Shown here one piece after another: positions 9,089 through 21,191 of a stretch of 64,000 nucleotides of DNA; within the stretch, counting starts at the first letter, position 1, and each line of letters starts with the position of its first letter. The position numbers and the translations under genes were made by a program. The DNA is from an uncultured Gemmatimonadaceae bacterium (GTDB lineage: Bacteria; Gemmatimonadota; Gemmatimonadetes; Gemmatimonadales; Gemmatimonadaceae). Location of the stretch: contig CAWHHI010000006.1 in the NCBI GenBank assembly GCA_963829055.1, positions 160,001 to 224,000 of the forward strand, in the 5' to 3' direction. A model generated the notes under the pieces. The model was not told where the DNA came from, did no database searches, and saw only the letters and a program-made list of their open reading frames with translations.

Positions 9089-11725
9089 ATGCCTATCGAC
9101 GGAATTCGCCGCGCTTTTCGTCGCACCGGACGCGACGCATCGACCGACGTCAGCGACGAGCTCGCGTTCCACTTCGCTCGCCGCGTGGACGACTTGGTCG
9201 CGCGAGGAATGTCGCCCGACGCTGCCCGCGCCGAAGCAGTCCGCGCATTCGGCGATGTCGACCACGTGCGTCGCGAGATGGAGCGCATGACGCGCGCTCG
9301 CCAGGGTCGCGTACGACGCGGCGAATGGCTGGGCGATCTCGCGTACGACGTGCGCTACGCCGCGCGAGGAATGCGACGCACCTGGGCGTTCACACTCGTC
9401 GCGCTGCTCACGCTCGCGCTCGGCATCGGCGCGACGACGGCGACGTTCAGCATCGTGAATGCGGTCCTGCTCCAGCCACTCGCGTTCCCTAACGCGGATC
9501 GCCTGGTTCGTGTGTGGGAACGCACCGACCGCGCGGACCGGGTTCAGCTCGCGACGCCGAACCTGCTCGATCTCAAGGAGCGCTCGCGAACGCTCGCGTA
9601 TCTCGCGGGCTACATGGGCGGAAGCACCGTCGTCCTGGGCGCCGATAAGCCGGTGCGCGCGCAGGCGTACGCAGTCACACGCGACTTCTTCGACGTGCTC
9701 GGCGTACGCCCCGTGCTCGGTCGCCCGTTCGTGCCTGACGAGGCCGTGGAGAATGGCCCGCGCGCGATCATCGTCAGTTACGACTTCTGGCAACGCTTCC
9801 TTGGCGGTACGCGCGACATAGAGCGGCGAGCGCTCGACATTTATGGGACGCGCTATCAGGTCGTGGGCGTCATGCCCGCGGGCTTCGCGTACCCGGCGGG
9901 AGCAGAGATCTGGATGGCGCGCGAGTTCGGCGCCGGCGAATCGCGCACGTCGCACAACTGGCAGGCCATCGGGCGCCTAACGCCGACAGCCACGATCGAG
10001 ACCGCACGGGCCGATCTCGATGGGATCATGCGCTCGCTCGCCGCGCAGTACGGAACGGCCATGAACGGCAGCGGGATCAACATCATGGGTCTCGCCGACT
10101 CGCTCGTCGGGGGCGTACGGCGTCCGCTGACGCTCATCTTCGGCGCGGTGGCGTTCGTGCTGCTCGTGGCGTGCGTCAACCTCGCGAGCGCGAACCTGGC
10201 GCGCGGTGAGTCGAGGCGGCAGGAGATGGCCGTGCGCGCCGCGCTCGGAGCAGGGCGCTCACGGCTCGCGCGCCAGTTGCTGGCCGAGAATGTGTTGATG
10301 GCGATCATTGGTGGCGCGTTCGCGCTGGTCGTCGGTTACGCGTTCACGCGCGCGCTGATCTGGATCGCGCCCGCCAACCTGCCGCGTCTCGCGGAAGTAC
10401 GACTCGATATCCGCGTCGCGGCATTCACGATTGCCCTCGCCACGCTGACGGGCGTGCTCATTGGCGTACTGCCGGCGATGCAGGTCGCGCGGTCTGCGTT
10501 GCGAGATGCGATCTCGGCAGGCGGACGCGCGGGCATCAGCGGCGACGGAGGAGCGAGTCGCAGGATTCTCATCGGTGCCGAGGTGGCGCTCGTGGTCATG
10601 CTGCTCGTTGGCGCGGGCCTGACGCTGCGAAGCTTCCGCACGCTGCTTCAGCAGGATCCCGGGTTCGACCCGACGGGCGTGCTGGCGGTGCAGGTCGATG
10701 TGCCAGCAACCAAGTACGGTGACAGCACACGCGCCGTCGCATTCTATGATCGCTTGTTAGGCGAGGCTCGTGCGTTGCCGTCCGTCACGAGCGTCGGCGT
10801 GATCAACATCGCGCCGCTCGACGCGTGGCACATCAATGGTGGCTTCGAGATCGCGGGTCGTGAGTCCAAGGGCGGCGCGAGCTATCGCGTCATTGGAGGG
10901 GATTACTTCCGCGCGATGTCGATTCCCCTGCGCCGCGGACGCCTGTTCCAGGAGAGCGATCGATCCGGCTCGCCTCACGTCGTCATCGTGAACGAAACGG
11001 CCGCCGCGAAGCTCTGGCCGGGAACGGATCCGATCGGTCAGCGCATCCGCTACACGGGCATGGACAGTCATAGCGACGACTGGATGACCGTCATCGGTGT
11101 GGTTGGCGACGTCCATCAGCTCGGGCTTGCCGTCCCGGCCGAGCCGGAGACGTATGTGCCGTTTGCGCAGCGTCCGGAGCGACTGGTGAACCAGGCGACG
11201 ATCGTCATGCGATCGACGTCCGATCCGGCATTGCTGTCGGCGGCCATCCGCGAGCGCATCCAGGCGGTGGACAGGGAAGTGCCGACGACGATCAAGACGT
11301 TCGATAGCGTGGTGCTCGCGTCCGTTGCTGACAGGCGATTCACGATGGTGGTGCTGAGCGCGTTCGGAGTCTTCGCGCTGTTTCTGGCGGCGGTCGGCAT
11401 CTACGGCGTGCTCGCGTACTCGGTGAATCGCCGCACGCGCGAGATCGGCGTCCGCATGGCGCTCGGCGCCGCACGAGGTCGCGTTCTTCGCATGATCCTG
11501 AGAGATGCGATGCGCGCGGTCGTCCCGGGCATAGGGGTCGGGATCGCCGGCGCCCTGATGCTGACGCGATTGATGTCGGGCCTGCTCTACGGGATTGCGC
11601 CGACGGATCCTCTGACGTTCGTGGCCGTGATCGCGGTGCTCGTGGTGGTGACGCTTGCGGCGAGCCTGGTCCCTGCGCGGCGCGCGACCAGGGTCGATCC
11701 CATGGAAGCGATTCGTGCTGCGTGA
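9089..11725 (+). CDS. ADOP-type duplicated MacB/FtsX ABC permease 1
   Basis: Prefix DELAFH..GMSPDAARAEAVRAFG; LALGIGA, LLVACVN, REIGVRMALGA, PARRATRVDP. Confidence 0.95.
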   Translation: MPIDGIRRAFRRTGRDASTDVSDELAFHFARRVDDLVARGMSPDAARAEAVRAFGDVDHVRREMERMTRARQGRVRRGEWLGDLAYDVRYAARGMRRTWAFTLVALLTLALGIGATTATFSIVNAVLLQPLAFPNADRLVRVWERTDRADRVQLATPNLLDLKERSRTLAYLAGYMGGSTVVLGADKPVRAQAYAVTRDFFDVLGVRPVLGRPFVPDEAVENGPRAIIVSYDFWQRFLGGTRDIERRALDIYGTRYQVVGVMPAGFAYPAGAEIWMAREFGAGESRTSHNWQAIGRLTPTATIETARADLDGIMRSLAAQYGTAMNGSGINIMGLADSLVGGVRRPLTLIFGAVAFVLLVACVNLASANLARGESRRQEMAVRAALGAGRSRLARQLLAENVLMAIIGGAFALVVGYAFTRALIWIAPANLPRLAEVRLDIRVAAFTIALATLTGVLIGVLPAMQVARSALRDAISAGGRAGISGDGGASRRILIGAEVALVVMLLVGAGLTLRSFRTLLQQDPGFDPTGVLAVQVDVPATKYGDSTRAVAFYDRLLGEARALPSVTSVGVINIAPLDAWHINGGFEIAGRESKGGASYRVIGGDYFRAMSIPLRRGRLFQESDRSGSPHVVIVNETAAAKLWPGTDPIGQRIRYTGMDSHSDDWMTVIGVVGDVHQLGLAVPAEPETYVPFAQRPERLVNQATIVMRSTSDPALLSAAIRERIQAVDREVPTTIKTFDSVVLASVADRRFTMVVLSAFGVFALFLAAVGIYGVLAYSVNRRTREIGVRMALGAARGRVLRMILRDAMRAVVPGIGVGIAGALMLTRLMSGLLYGIAPTDPLTFVAVIAVLVVVTLAASLVPARRATRVDPMEAIRAA

Positions 11726-11752
11726 TTGTCGCGGATCGTGGGTTCGGCATCG

Positions 11753-12160
11753 TCGCGCCGCGGTCGGTGAGGACTGCGATTGGGCGGATCTGTACTGCGA
11801 AACTACCGGATACACCTTTGCATTGAGGCAGCATTGCACCCGGCCGGCGGGAACTACGATTTCGCGGCTGAGACGGACGAAGCCGGATATTACGAAAGGC
11901 GAGCCATCCCTCTCGCCACGAGCCGGGATTCTTTGGGAACGGCCGCTCGGGACGCAGGCGTCTCCCGAGCGGCCGTTCCCATTCATTCATGGTCCGCCAC
12001 GACCCAGCGTCAGCGCAAAGCTGTATCCGGCTGTTTTGCCGTCGATCCGCCAAATCGCAGTTCCCACCGGCCCGGCGCGACGATGCGGGAATGCAAAGCC
12101 GTATCTGGTAGTTCGCCGTACAGATCCGTCCAATCGCAGTTCCCACTGGCCGCGGCGCGA
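11753..12160. mobile_element. MITE-like palindromic element, family C copy 1
   Basis: ~60 bp imperfect terminal IRs (TCGCGCCGCGG..CGATTGGGCGGATCTGTAC), inner IR units, central hairpin GGGAACGGCCGCTCGGGA/TCCCGAGCGGCCGTTCCC. Confidence 0.75.
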
Positions 12161-12217
12161 TGAGCTGGACCAGCGTACTTGCCGCCGATCGTCTTACCGG
12201 CGAGAGTTTGCCGCGCC

Positions 12218-13427
12218 ATGAATCCGACTCCCGCCGATACGCCGCCGATCTCGACGAACGTTCCCGGCGAGACCTCGCCTGCGTCCGCCGACCTCGGCGA
12301 GCTCGCCCTCGTCATGGGTGGCGGTGGCGCGCGCGGCGCGTATCAGGTCGGGCTGCTGCGCCACCTCGCGCGACGATTCCCCACGCTGCGCCTGCCCATT
12401 CTCACCGGCGTCTCGGCCGGCGCGCTCAATGTCGCGCACCTCGCGCAACATCAAGGGACATTCCTCGAGGCAGTGACGTCGCTCGAGCGGCTCTGGCGTT
12501 CGCTCAGCCCCGAGCAGGTGTACCGCGTCGACCCGCCGGCGCTCCTCGGCAACCTGGTTCGATGGGGCGTGCGCCTCGTCTCCGGAGGCACCGTCTCCGA
12601 AACGCAGACGCGAGGCCTCGTCGACACGACGCCGCTACGCGCGTTCCTGGAGCGTGCGCTCGCACCACAGGAGGGCGTCCTCGACGGCATCGACAAGAAC
12701 CTCGCTCGTGGAACACTGCGCGCCGTCGCGCTGAGCACGACCGACTACGGCACCGGGCAGTCGTTCGTCTGGATGCAGGGGCGCAACATCGAGGAATGGG
12801 AGCGCCCGAAGCGGCGCAGCTGTCTCCACGCGCCTAACGGTGGACCACGTCATGGGCTCGGCCGCGCTGCCGTTCCTGTTTCCGGCCGTGCGCATCGAGA
12901 ACTCGTGGCATGGCGACGGCGGCATCCGCCAGACGGCACCGCTTTCTCCGGCGTTGCACCTCGGCGCGCATAAGATCCTCGCGATCTCGACGCGCTACGA
13001 TCGCACGCAGGCGGAGGCGAACCGACCGCTCGTTCGCGGGTACCCGCCGCCGGCGCAGGTGCTGAGCGTCCTGTACAACGCCATCTTCCTCGATCTGATC
13101 GATCAGGACGTGCTGCGCCTCGAGAGGATGAACTACGTGCTGCGCAAACTGCCGCCCGACGAGCGCTCGGGGATGCGCGTGGTCAACATTCTCGTCCTGC
13201 GTCCATCACGGGATCTGGGCAAGCTGTCGCGCGAGTACGAGCCGCTGCTCCCAGGCTTCTTCCGCTTCCTGACGCGCGGACTCGGCACGCGTGAGACCGC
13301 GAGCCCGGACATTCTGAGTCTGGTGATGTTTCAGGAGAACTATCTCGGACGCCTGATCGAGCTCGGCGAGGAAGACGCCGAGGCGCGCGCGGATGAAATC
13401 GGAGAATTCGTGAGCACTCACTATTGA
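12218..13427 (+). CDS. Patatin-like phospholipase (frameshift ~12825)
   Basis: GGGARG, GVSAG, DGG motifs across two frames. Confidence 0.9.
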
Positions 13428-13464
13428 TTTGACGCGCGCCGCAAGGTGTTTGCTGTTACTGCCG

Positions 13465-13697
13465 AGGCCTGAGGAAGGAGGAGGGCGGACGGCGGAAGGC
13501 GGAGAAAAGGCGTTGTCATCCCGAGCAAAGCGCCATGTCATCCCGAGCGCAGCGAGGGATCTTCTCGAACGTCATCGGAGCCAGTCCGGCCACGATACCG
13601 TCACAGAAGGTCCCTCGTCGCTGTCGCTCCTCGGGATGACATGCGCGTTCCTCCGCCCTCCGCCCTCCGCCCTCCTCCTTCCTAAGCCCTCCGCCCT
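13465..13697. repeat. Composite hairpin: 7-mer arms around REP-like A2 (13514-13641)
   Basis: GGCGGA(A/G)-type left arm, (CTCCGCC)n right arm, TGTCATCCCGAGC...CTCGGGATGACA; between convergent genes. Confidence 0.88.
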
Positions 13698-15138
13698 CAC
13701 GGCTTCGGCCTCGCCCGATACTGCTCGTACAGCTTCGTGTGGCGGTCCGTGAGCGGAACCGCCTGGCCCCGAATGAACAGGTACTTCACGTTGCTGCGCA
13801 CATCGAGCGGGTTGCCCGTCGTCACCATGACGTTCGCGACCTTGCCCGCCTCGAGGCTGCCGTACTTGTCGGCCACGCCGAAGATCTGCGCCGGGATTGA
13901 TCGTCAGCGCCTTGATCGCCTCGTCCATGTCGAGCCCATACGCCGTCGACAGCGCCGCGTTGTACGGCAGGCTGCGCACGTCCGCCGCACTCGATGTCTG
14001 GAAGGCGATCTTCACGCCCGCCTTCGCGAGCACGCCCGGCTGCGCGTACAATGCGTCGTACGGATCCTCGGGACCTGGCGCCTGCGTCGTCGGGCCGACG
14101 ATCACGGGAATGCCGCGCGCGGCAAGCGTGTCGGCGACGCGCCACGCGTCGCGCGGTCCACGCAGGATGACCTTCAGCTTGAACGAGTCCGCGAGCGCGA
14201 GCACGCCGCGAATCTGATCGATCGAGCTCACGTCGAAGATCACCGGCATCTCGCCGCGGATCGCCGGGACGCAGCGACTCCATCGCCTGGTTGACGCGCG
14301 GAGCGTTAGGCACCGTGCCACCCGCTGCAACCTTCGCCTTCACCTCGGCGTACGACCGCGCGTCAGCGAACAGAGTCACGCATCGCACGCACCTGACGAC
14401 TCGCGGTCTCCGATGCGTCGCCCTGCGCGCGCCCGCCGAAGCCGCCGCCCCGCCCGCCGCCGCCGCTGGACGACGGATACGACATCACCTGCGCCGCGCG
14501 CGGCTTGATCGCCATCTCGTCTGGCGTCCAGCCCCACAGATCCATCAGCGCGGCACTGCCCGACATGAGCGCGCCGGTCGCCGACGTGATGACGGTGGTC
14601 ACGCCGTTCACGCGCGACACCGGAATCAGCTCGGAGCTGGCGTTGACGGCCGTGAGCGCGACGTCCTGCGGGTTGAAGTCACCGATCTCGCGCGTGTCCG
14701 TCGAGCCGGGAACGGATCCGATCTCGGTGAGGCCGAGCTCCGTGCCGCTGTCGATCATGCCGGGGTAGACGAACAGTCCCGGTGGCGTCGATGATGGTGG
14801 CGTCCGGCCGGCACCTGCACGTTCGCCCCGACGGACTGGATCGCCCGTTGGCGATGACGACGGTCCCGTTAGGTATCTGCGCCCCGACCACAGGCACGAC
14901 GGTGCCGCCGCGGATCACGTACGTCGGTCCCTGTGCCGCGAGCGCGATGCGCCATGTCATCCCGAGCGAATCGTCATTCCGAGCGCGCGCATCGAGGAAC
15001 GACGTGGAGTGAGGCCTCTCGAGACGGTCGCGACCTGACCGAGCGACGCGGCGCTCCGCTCGGAATGCACGACCCGCGCGGCTCTGCTCGGAATGACAGC
15101 TCGATTCCCGATTCCCGATTCCCGATTCCCGATCTCAT
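13697..15138 (-). CDS. Amidohydrolase-family protein 3 (lacks HxH; several frameshifts)
   Basis: [35 protein letters not shown], ends [13 protein letters not shown] 15138 overlaps upstream stop. Confidence 0.8.
14955..15133. repeat. Degenerate REP-like A1 plus (GATTCCC)n run in the 5' end of amidohydrolase 3
   Basis: GTCATCCCGAGCG/GTCATTCCGAGCG...GCTCGGAATGAC followed by about 4 GATTCCC units. Confidence 0.8.
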
Positions 15139-16727
15139 TGCTCCTCCGACGTGACACGCGGGCTGACGCTGTTTCATTTGTTCGATCAGCTGCTCGAGCG
15201 TTGGCGACGTCGAACGGTCGAAGAACACCCGACCGTCGATGAGCGTCATGTCCACGCGCGCGTTAGGCGCGAACGGGTGCGCCGTGAAGATCGCCAGGTC
15301 CGCGTCCTTCCCGACCTCGATCGACCCCACGCGCTTGTCGATGCCCAGCTGCTTCGCGGCGTTGAGCGTGATCATCTCATCTTGAGCGCCTCCTGCTCCG
15401 ACGCGCCGCCGTAATGCATCGCCTTCGCCGCCTCCTGGTACAGCCGGCGCGCGCGCTCGTCCGAGTCGGAGTTGATCGTCACCACCACGCCGCGCTCCGC
15501 CATCAGCGCCGCGTTGAAGGGAATCGCGTCCCACGCTTCCATCTTGTAGGCCCACTCGTCGGCGAACGTGCTCGCGCCGCTGCCCGCCTTCGCCAGCTCG
15601 TCCGCGACCTTGTAGCCCTCGAGCACGTGCTGGAACGTCGCGACGCGGAAGCCGAAGTCCTTCGCGACGCGCAGCATCATCAGGATCTCGTCCGACGCGA
15701 TACGAGTGGCAGTGCACGAGACGCTTGCCCTCGAGCACCTCGACGAGCGCGTCGAGCTCGAGGTCGCGCGCCGGCGGAATGAGCGCCGCACGCTGGGCGG
15801 CCGTCGTCGCCGCCTTCTTCTTCGCATCGTACGCCTGCCATTCCTTCCGATACTCCTGCGCGCGGGTGAACGCGTCGCGGAGCAGGTCTTCCACACCCAT
15901 GCGCGTGCGCGGGAACCGACCCTGCTGACCCGGCGCCAGCGTGCGGTTCGTCTGCCGCACGTTCTCACCTAACGCGAACTTGATCCCCGGCGGCGCGCCC
16001 TCGAACATCAGGCTGTCCACCGGCAATCCGTAGCGCAGCTTCACGACCGCGTTCTGTCCGCCGATCGTGTTGGCGGAGCCGTGCAGGATGTTCAGCGTCG
16101 TCGTCCCACCGGCGAGCTGCCGGTACAGACTGATCCCGTCCTGCCGCAGCACGTCCTCGATGCGCACCATCGACGTGATCGACAGCGTGCCCTCGTTGAT
16201 CGCCTCGGCGGCCGAGTGGGAGTGGGCATCGATGATGCCGGGCGTGACGTACTTGCCGGTGCCGTCGATGACCTTCGCGCCCGGCAGGCACCGCGACGTC
16301 AGCCCCGACGGCCGCGATCTTCCCGTCGCGGATGACGATCGTGCCCTTCTGGATCGTGCCGCTGGACGCGGTCATGATGGTCGCGTTCGTGATCGCGACG
16401 AGCTTGCCGGCCGTCGGGTATCGGCAGCGACACGGCCGTGAGGTCGAGTTGCTGCTGCGTGCTCGGTGCTGCGGCGGCTGGTTGCTGACCGGCGGCCTGT
16501 GCGCCTAACGGCGCCGCCGCGAGCATGATTGTCATTCCGAGCGGCGCGTAGCGGCGCGAGTGCCTCGGGCGCAGGTCCTGGATCCGAGAGGGCAAGCCGC
16601 CACCGAGCCAACGATTCCTCGACTGCGCGCCTCGGCGCTCCGCTCGGAATGACGCCGCGATCAGCGACCGCACGAGCGTCCGACCACGCCGTTCCCGCTG
16701 CCCTGTTCCCTGTTCCCGGTCAGTCAT
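15135..16727 (-). CDS. Amidohydrolase-family protein 2 (intact HxH; several frameshifts)
   Basis: [54 protein letters not shown]. Confidence 0.88.
16531..16653. repeat. REP-like A1 inserted in frame (123 bp) in the signal-peptide region
   Basis: GTCATTCCGAGCGG...CGCTCGGAATGAC; ORF 16299..16727 is open through it. Confidence 0.85.
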
Positions 16728-18434
16728 GGTTTCTTCTCCGCCGTGAACGTCATGTTCCCCATCTCACCCGCGCGCAGACGGCCCGTCATGCGGTTGCCAG
16801 CAGTATCGACCTCGGCCTCGAAGTTCACCGTCGTCCGCTCGCCGCCGATCTGGAACGACGCCGTCCACGACGCGTTGCGGCCGTTCACGCGACCGTCCGA
16901 GATCGCGGCGTTGCCGATCTCCGAGATCATCGAGCCGTCGATCGCATCGGCAGTCTGCGTCAACGTCATGGTCGATGTGATCGCGCCCTGCGGACCGTTG
17001 ACCGTCATCGTCCACGTCCCGGCGACCTGCGCGGTCTCGCCGCCGCCAGTCCGGCCACCGCCGCCAGCTCCGCCGCCCGCGCGCTGACCGTTGCGCGCAG
17101 CGGCGGTAGTCGGAACCACGTCGTAGTCGATGCCATCGACGAACACCGTGCGGATGCGCGCGTTGTCCGCGAGCGGCGGTCCGTCCGACACGACGAGGTC
17201 CGCGATCTTCCCCGGCTCGATGCTGCCGAGTTGATCGCCGACACCGGCGATTTCGGCGGCACGAATCGTCAGCGCTTCCACCGCGACCTCGCGCGGCAAC
17301 CCCGCGGCGATCGCCTTGCGGACGTTCGCGATGAAGTCGTTAGGCTTGAGCGCGCCCGGCGCGAGCGCGAACTTGACGCCGGCGCGGTTGAGCGTCGCCG
17401 CGTTCGCCTCGAGGATCTTCCGCACCGAGGCGTCGCGCGAGGCGCTGTCGTTGAGCTCGCGGCGTTGCGCACCACGATACGCCCATCCCGTCACTTCCAC
17501 CGCCTGTGGAAAGTCGAGCGAGACCACGACCGGCCGCGCGCCTTTCAGCGCATCGAGCGCTCGGAACGCCTCCGTGGCGCCGACGATCGTCAGCTTGAGG
17601 TCGAACTCCTTCGCGATGTCCACCGCGCGACGAATCTCGTTCTCGTTGTTCGCGGCGAAGAACGCGGGCAGTCTGACCACGCACCACGGGCACGAGTGCG
17701 TCGAGATCCGCGTTGTAGGCGGGACGCGGCACGCCGCGCTGCCCGGCCTTGTAGCGATCCATCAGCAGCCCATGACGCTGCGCGTCGTAGAGTTGCTGTC
17801 GCTCGTAGGCGATGACACCGAGGAGCGTGCCGGGATACCGGCCGGCGACGCCCTGGAATCCCATGTGCATCCCGACCGGCGCCTTCACCACGAAGTGCGC
17901 CGCGGAATCGTCGCGCAGGGGGATGAGCGCCGAGAGTCCGCGGAACGCGCCGCGCGAGGGGGCGACCAGGGCCGTCGTTATGCCGACATCGCGCGAGGCA
18001 CGAATGTCGGCGGCCGCGGGCGCGACCTCAGTGGCGATCACTCGTCCCGGCTCGAGGCCGACGTAGCGCACCTGCGCGCCGGCATTCTGCGCGGCGCCAC
18101 CGCCACCACCGCCGAATCCGGCTTGCTGCGCGGGCGGCGTCGGCAGTCCCATCGACGACGTCAGGTCGATGAAGCCGGGGTAGACGGTTCGACCGCTCAG
18201 GTCGACGACGCGCGCGTCACCGGGCGGCGTTATGTTCGCGCCAACGGCTTCGATGAGCCCGTTCCGGATGACGATCGTGCCTTTCTCGATCGTCCCTTTC
18301 GTGACGGTCTCGATCCGGGCGTTGGTGAGCGCCCAGGTACCTGACTGAGCTTGGTCCTGGGCCTGGGCGGCGCGCGGCACGACGAGCGCGACGCCCAGGA
18401 GGAAGCCGCTCGCAAGCGGCGGGGCGAGACGCAT
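16724..18434 (-). CDS. Amidohydrolase-family protein 1 (lacks HxH) with C-terminal beta domain; frameshift ~17675
   Basis: Signal peptide, ALTNARI, YPGFIDLTSS, GSIEPGKIADL, VAGTWTMTV. Confidence 0.85.
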
Positions 18435-18522
18435 GCAGGCTCTCCTGAGATGTGAGCATGGGGCCAGACGAACGACGCCCGATGCTATCCCTGAGTCGCG
18501 TGCGAGGGCAAGCCTACCGCTG

Positions 18523-19366
18523 CTACCTGGCGGCGACTGTCGCCGCGCTCTGCTTCGAGAGGAACGTGTACAAGCCGTTCACCTCTTCATCCGTGAGATA
18601 GGCGAAGCGGCCTCGCGCAGTCCGAGCCATGAGGTCGAGCTTCCGTCCGTCCCGCGGAATGCCTTCACGCATGAGCTTCGCGAACTCCTCGGCGGAGTAG
18701 GCGGCGACGACCGAGAGCGCGGGCGTGTCGGGGCCCCCCTCGAGCTTCATCCCGTGGCACTCGGTGCAGGAGGATTTCGCGGTGTACTCCCCCAAGGGCC
18801 ACCGGCTCCGGGCCCTTCCGGGGCCGAGGCGCGTCATGCGCGATGTTCAGTGGCTCGAGCTTGTACTGACCCGTGACGAGCCCCACCCGCGCCAGGATGC
18901 GCATTGCGGTTGCCGGAAGCGAATCCGGCTGAGCTGGCAGCGTACGTAAGTAGGCGATGAGGGAACCCAGGTCCTCATCGTCGAGGTTGTAGAACATTGA
19001 CGATGGCATGACGGCGACGCCTCGGCCATTGGGGCGCACACCATGTCGCAGCAGGCGAGCCAGGTCGGAGTCGGAGTAGGCACGAATGGCTTTCGGAACG
19101 TTAGGCGCGACGAGGCGCGCGATCATCCGGTCGTCGAAGAACACCTCACCCCTCATGCCCTCGCCGTGGCAGCCCGCACAGCCGCGGGTCGCGTAGACGT
19201 GCTGGCCGCGCGCGAGCGCCGCCATGCCGACGGGAATGGTGATCGGGGTGGCCGGGATGTCGAACGTCTGCCGCAGCCGATACTCGCTGACGCCGTAGAT
19301 CACTATCAATGCGATCGCCACAATCGAGCCGAGGCCGATCGCGAGCCACTTCAGAACCCGTTTCAC
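18523..19366 (-). CDS. Membrane-anchored dihaem cytochrome c (frameshift ~18790)
   Basis: N-terminal TM, CAGCH and CTECH haem motifs; AGGAGG RBS. Confidence 0.85.
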
Positions 19367-19451
19367 TGTTCGCCTCCTATGACGGTGTCATTCCGGCAGC
19401 GGCAGGCCAGTACCAAGTGCGTCAGCGACTGCTCAGCAGGAGGGTCAGGCA

Positions 19452-21027
19452 TCAGGTCCGATCCGCCGGCTTAGGTCGCCTAGTCGACGCTGGCTCTGCC
19501 ACCGCGTAAGGTCTCGACTCCGTGCTGACTCGCTGACGCTCCGCTCGGGATGATGCCAGGCCCAAACCGCCTAACGAAATCCGATTAGGAATCGGCCGCC
19601 GGCCCGAGAGCTCTTTCACCAATCGATAAAGAAACTCCTGCCCGTCGTAGAAGGACTTGATCAGCACGCGCTCGTCCCGCCCATGCGCGCGGGAATCATC
19701 CATATCCCCGAACAATCCCGACACGCCATACGTCGGGATCCCACCCTGCCGCAGTTGCCGCCCGTCGGTTGCCCCCGTGCCCATGATCGGGACCACGGGC
19801 ACTCCCGGCCACATCTCGCTCGTCAGCTTCTCGATCGGGCGCAACACTTCATCGGACAGCGGGGATGGTGGACCACCGCGAGGCTCGGGCGCGGGCGACA
19901 CGTGCACCGCCGTGTCGCCCGCTATCCTGACGAGGCTCGCCTGCACGTCCTTGATGTCGTGGTCGGGCAGAACCCGGCAGTTCACGTTGGCGCGCGCGAG
20001 CTGCGGCAGCGCGTTAGGCGCGTGACCGCCCGTGAGCTGCGTCGCCACGCACGTCGTGCGGAGCATGGAGTTGTACACCGGCTGCATCGAGAGCCGTCGC
20101 ACGGCCGCCGAGTCGCGTCGGGTTCTTCGCCACCGCGCGCATGTCCGCCGCCGTCTGGCCCGTCTCGGCCTGCGCGAGGCGCTCGAAGTACGCCTTCGTC
20201 ACCGGGTTCAGCATCACCGGAAAGTCGAAGCGCTCGAGCCGCGCCAGCGCGTCGGACAGATGGTAGATCGCGTTGTCACGGACCGGTCGCGAGCTGTGCC
20301 CACCCTTGTTCCGCACCTCGAACGTGAAGTCGTAGTACACCTTCTCGGCCGCCTGCACGTTATGCACGAACGGCTTGCCATTCTTGAGGAAGCCGCCACC
20401 GCCCTCGTTGAGCGCGTACGCCGCGTCGATCAGATCGCGTTTGTTCGCGAGCAGCCACTCGACGCCGTTGTGATCGCCGCCCTCTTCGTCCGACGTGAGC
20501 GCCACGATGAGGTCGCGGTCGGGAACGTACCCCTCCTGCTTCATCCGGATCAGGTTCGCGATCCAGATCGCGGCCATCGCCTTGTCGTCGCCGGTGCCGC
20601 GTCCGTAGTAGTAGCCGTCCTTCTCCGTGAACGTGAACGGGTCGATGCTCCAGTCATCGCGACGCGCGGCGACGACGTCGAGATGCGCGAGCAGGAGGAC
20701 CGGCTTGCGTCCCGCCGCGCCGGAGCCGCGAAGGCGCGCGACGAGATTGCCATCGCGTGGACCGGCGCTCAGGACCTGAACGTCGTTACCCGAAAATCCC
20801 GCCGCCCGGAGACGCGCCGCCATCGCTTCGGCCGCCTGCGTCGTGCCGCCGGGATCGGCATCCGTGGTCGTGTTGATCTCGACGAGCTCTTTATAGATGT
20901 CGCGCGCGAGCTGCTGGTGCGCCTTGAGCGCACCCTGCGCCGTTACCAGGCGAGGCAGCGACGCGGTCGCGGCGACGAGAGCGATTGCGATGAAACGGGC
21001 AAACACGGGGCGGCAACTGATGGCCAT
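19452..21027 (-). CDS. M20/M25/M40 metallo-hydrolase (frameshift ~20115; true 3' end may be ~19585)
   Basis: LAHLDVV, GRGTGDDK, DEE, GGHSS, GATD, AHG. Confidence 0.9.
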
Positions 21028-21132
21028 GTCCAATCTCCGGCAGAGGCGCGGGTTATTGTCTTGCTGTAACGGAGAAAGTGCAGGCGGTGCGCACGCGGCG
21101 TAAAGGACGGCCGACGTCTCGCCCCACACGTC

Positions 21133-21162
21133 TTGACCGCGGTGACTACGCGGACGTACACT
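21133..21162 (+). promoter_or_regulatory. Putative sigma-70 promoter of padR
   Basis: TTGACC-N18-TACACT; similar to 41705-41734. Confidence 0.45.
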
Positions 21163-21191
21163 TTGGCGACCTACCCATAGGGAACCAATGT

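Noticed and set aside
15369..15382. In-frame TGA as possible readthrough in amidohydrolase 2
   Set aside because: Caused by a short local duplication (GATGA-GATGA) in a noisy region; likely a sequencing artefact
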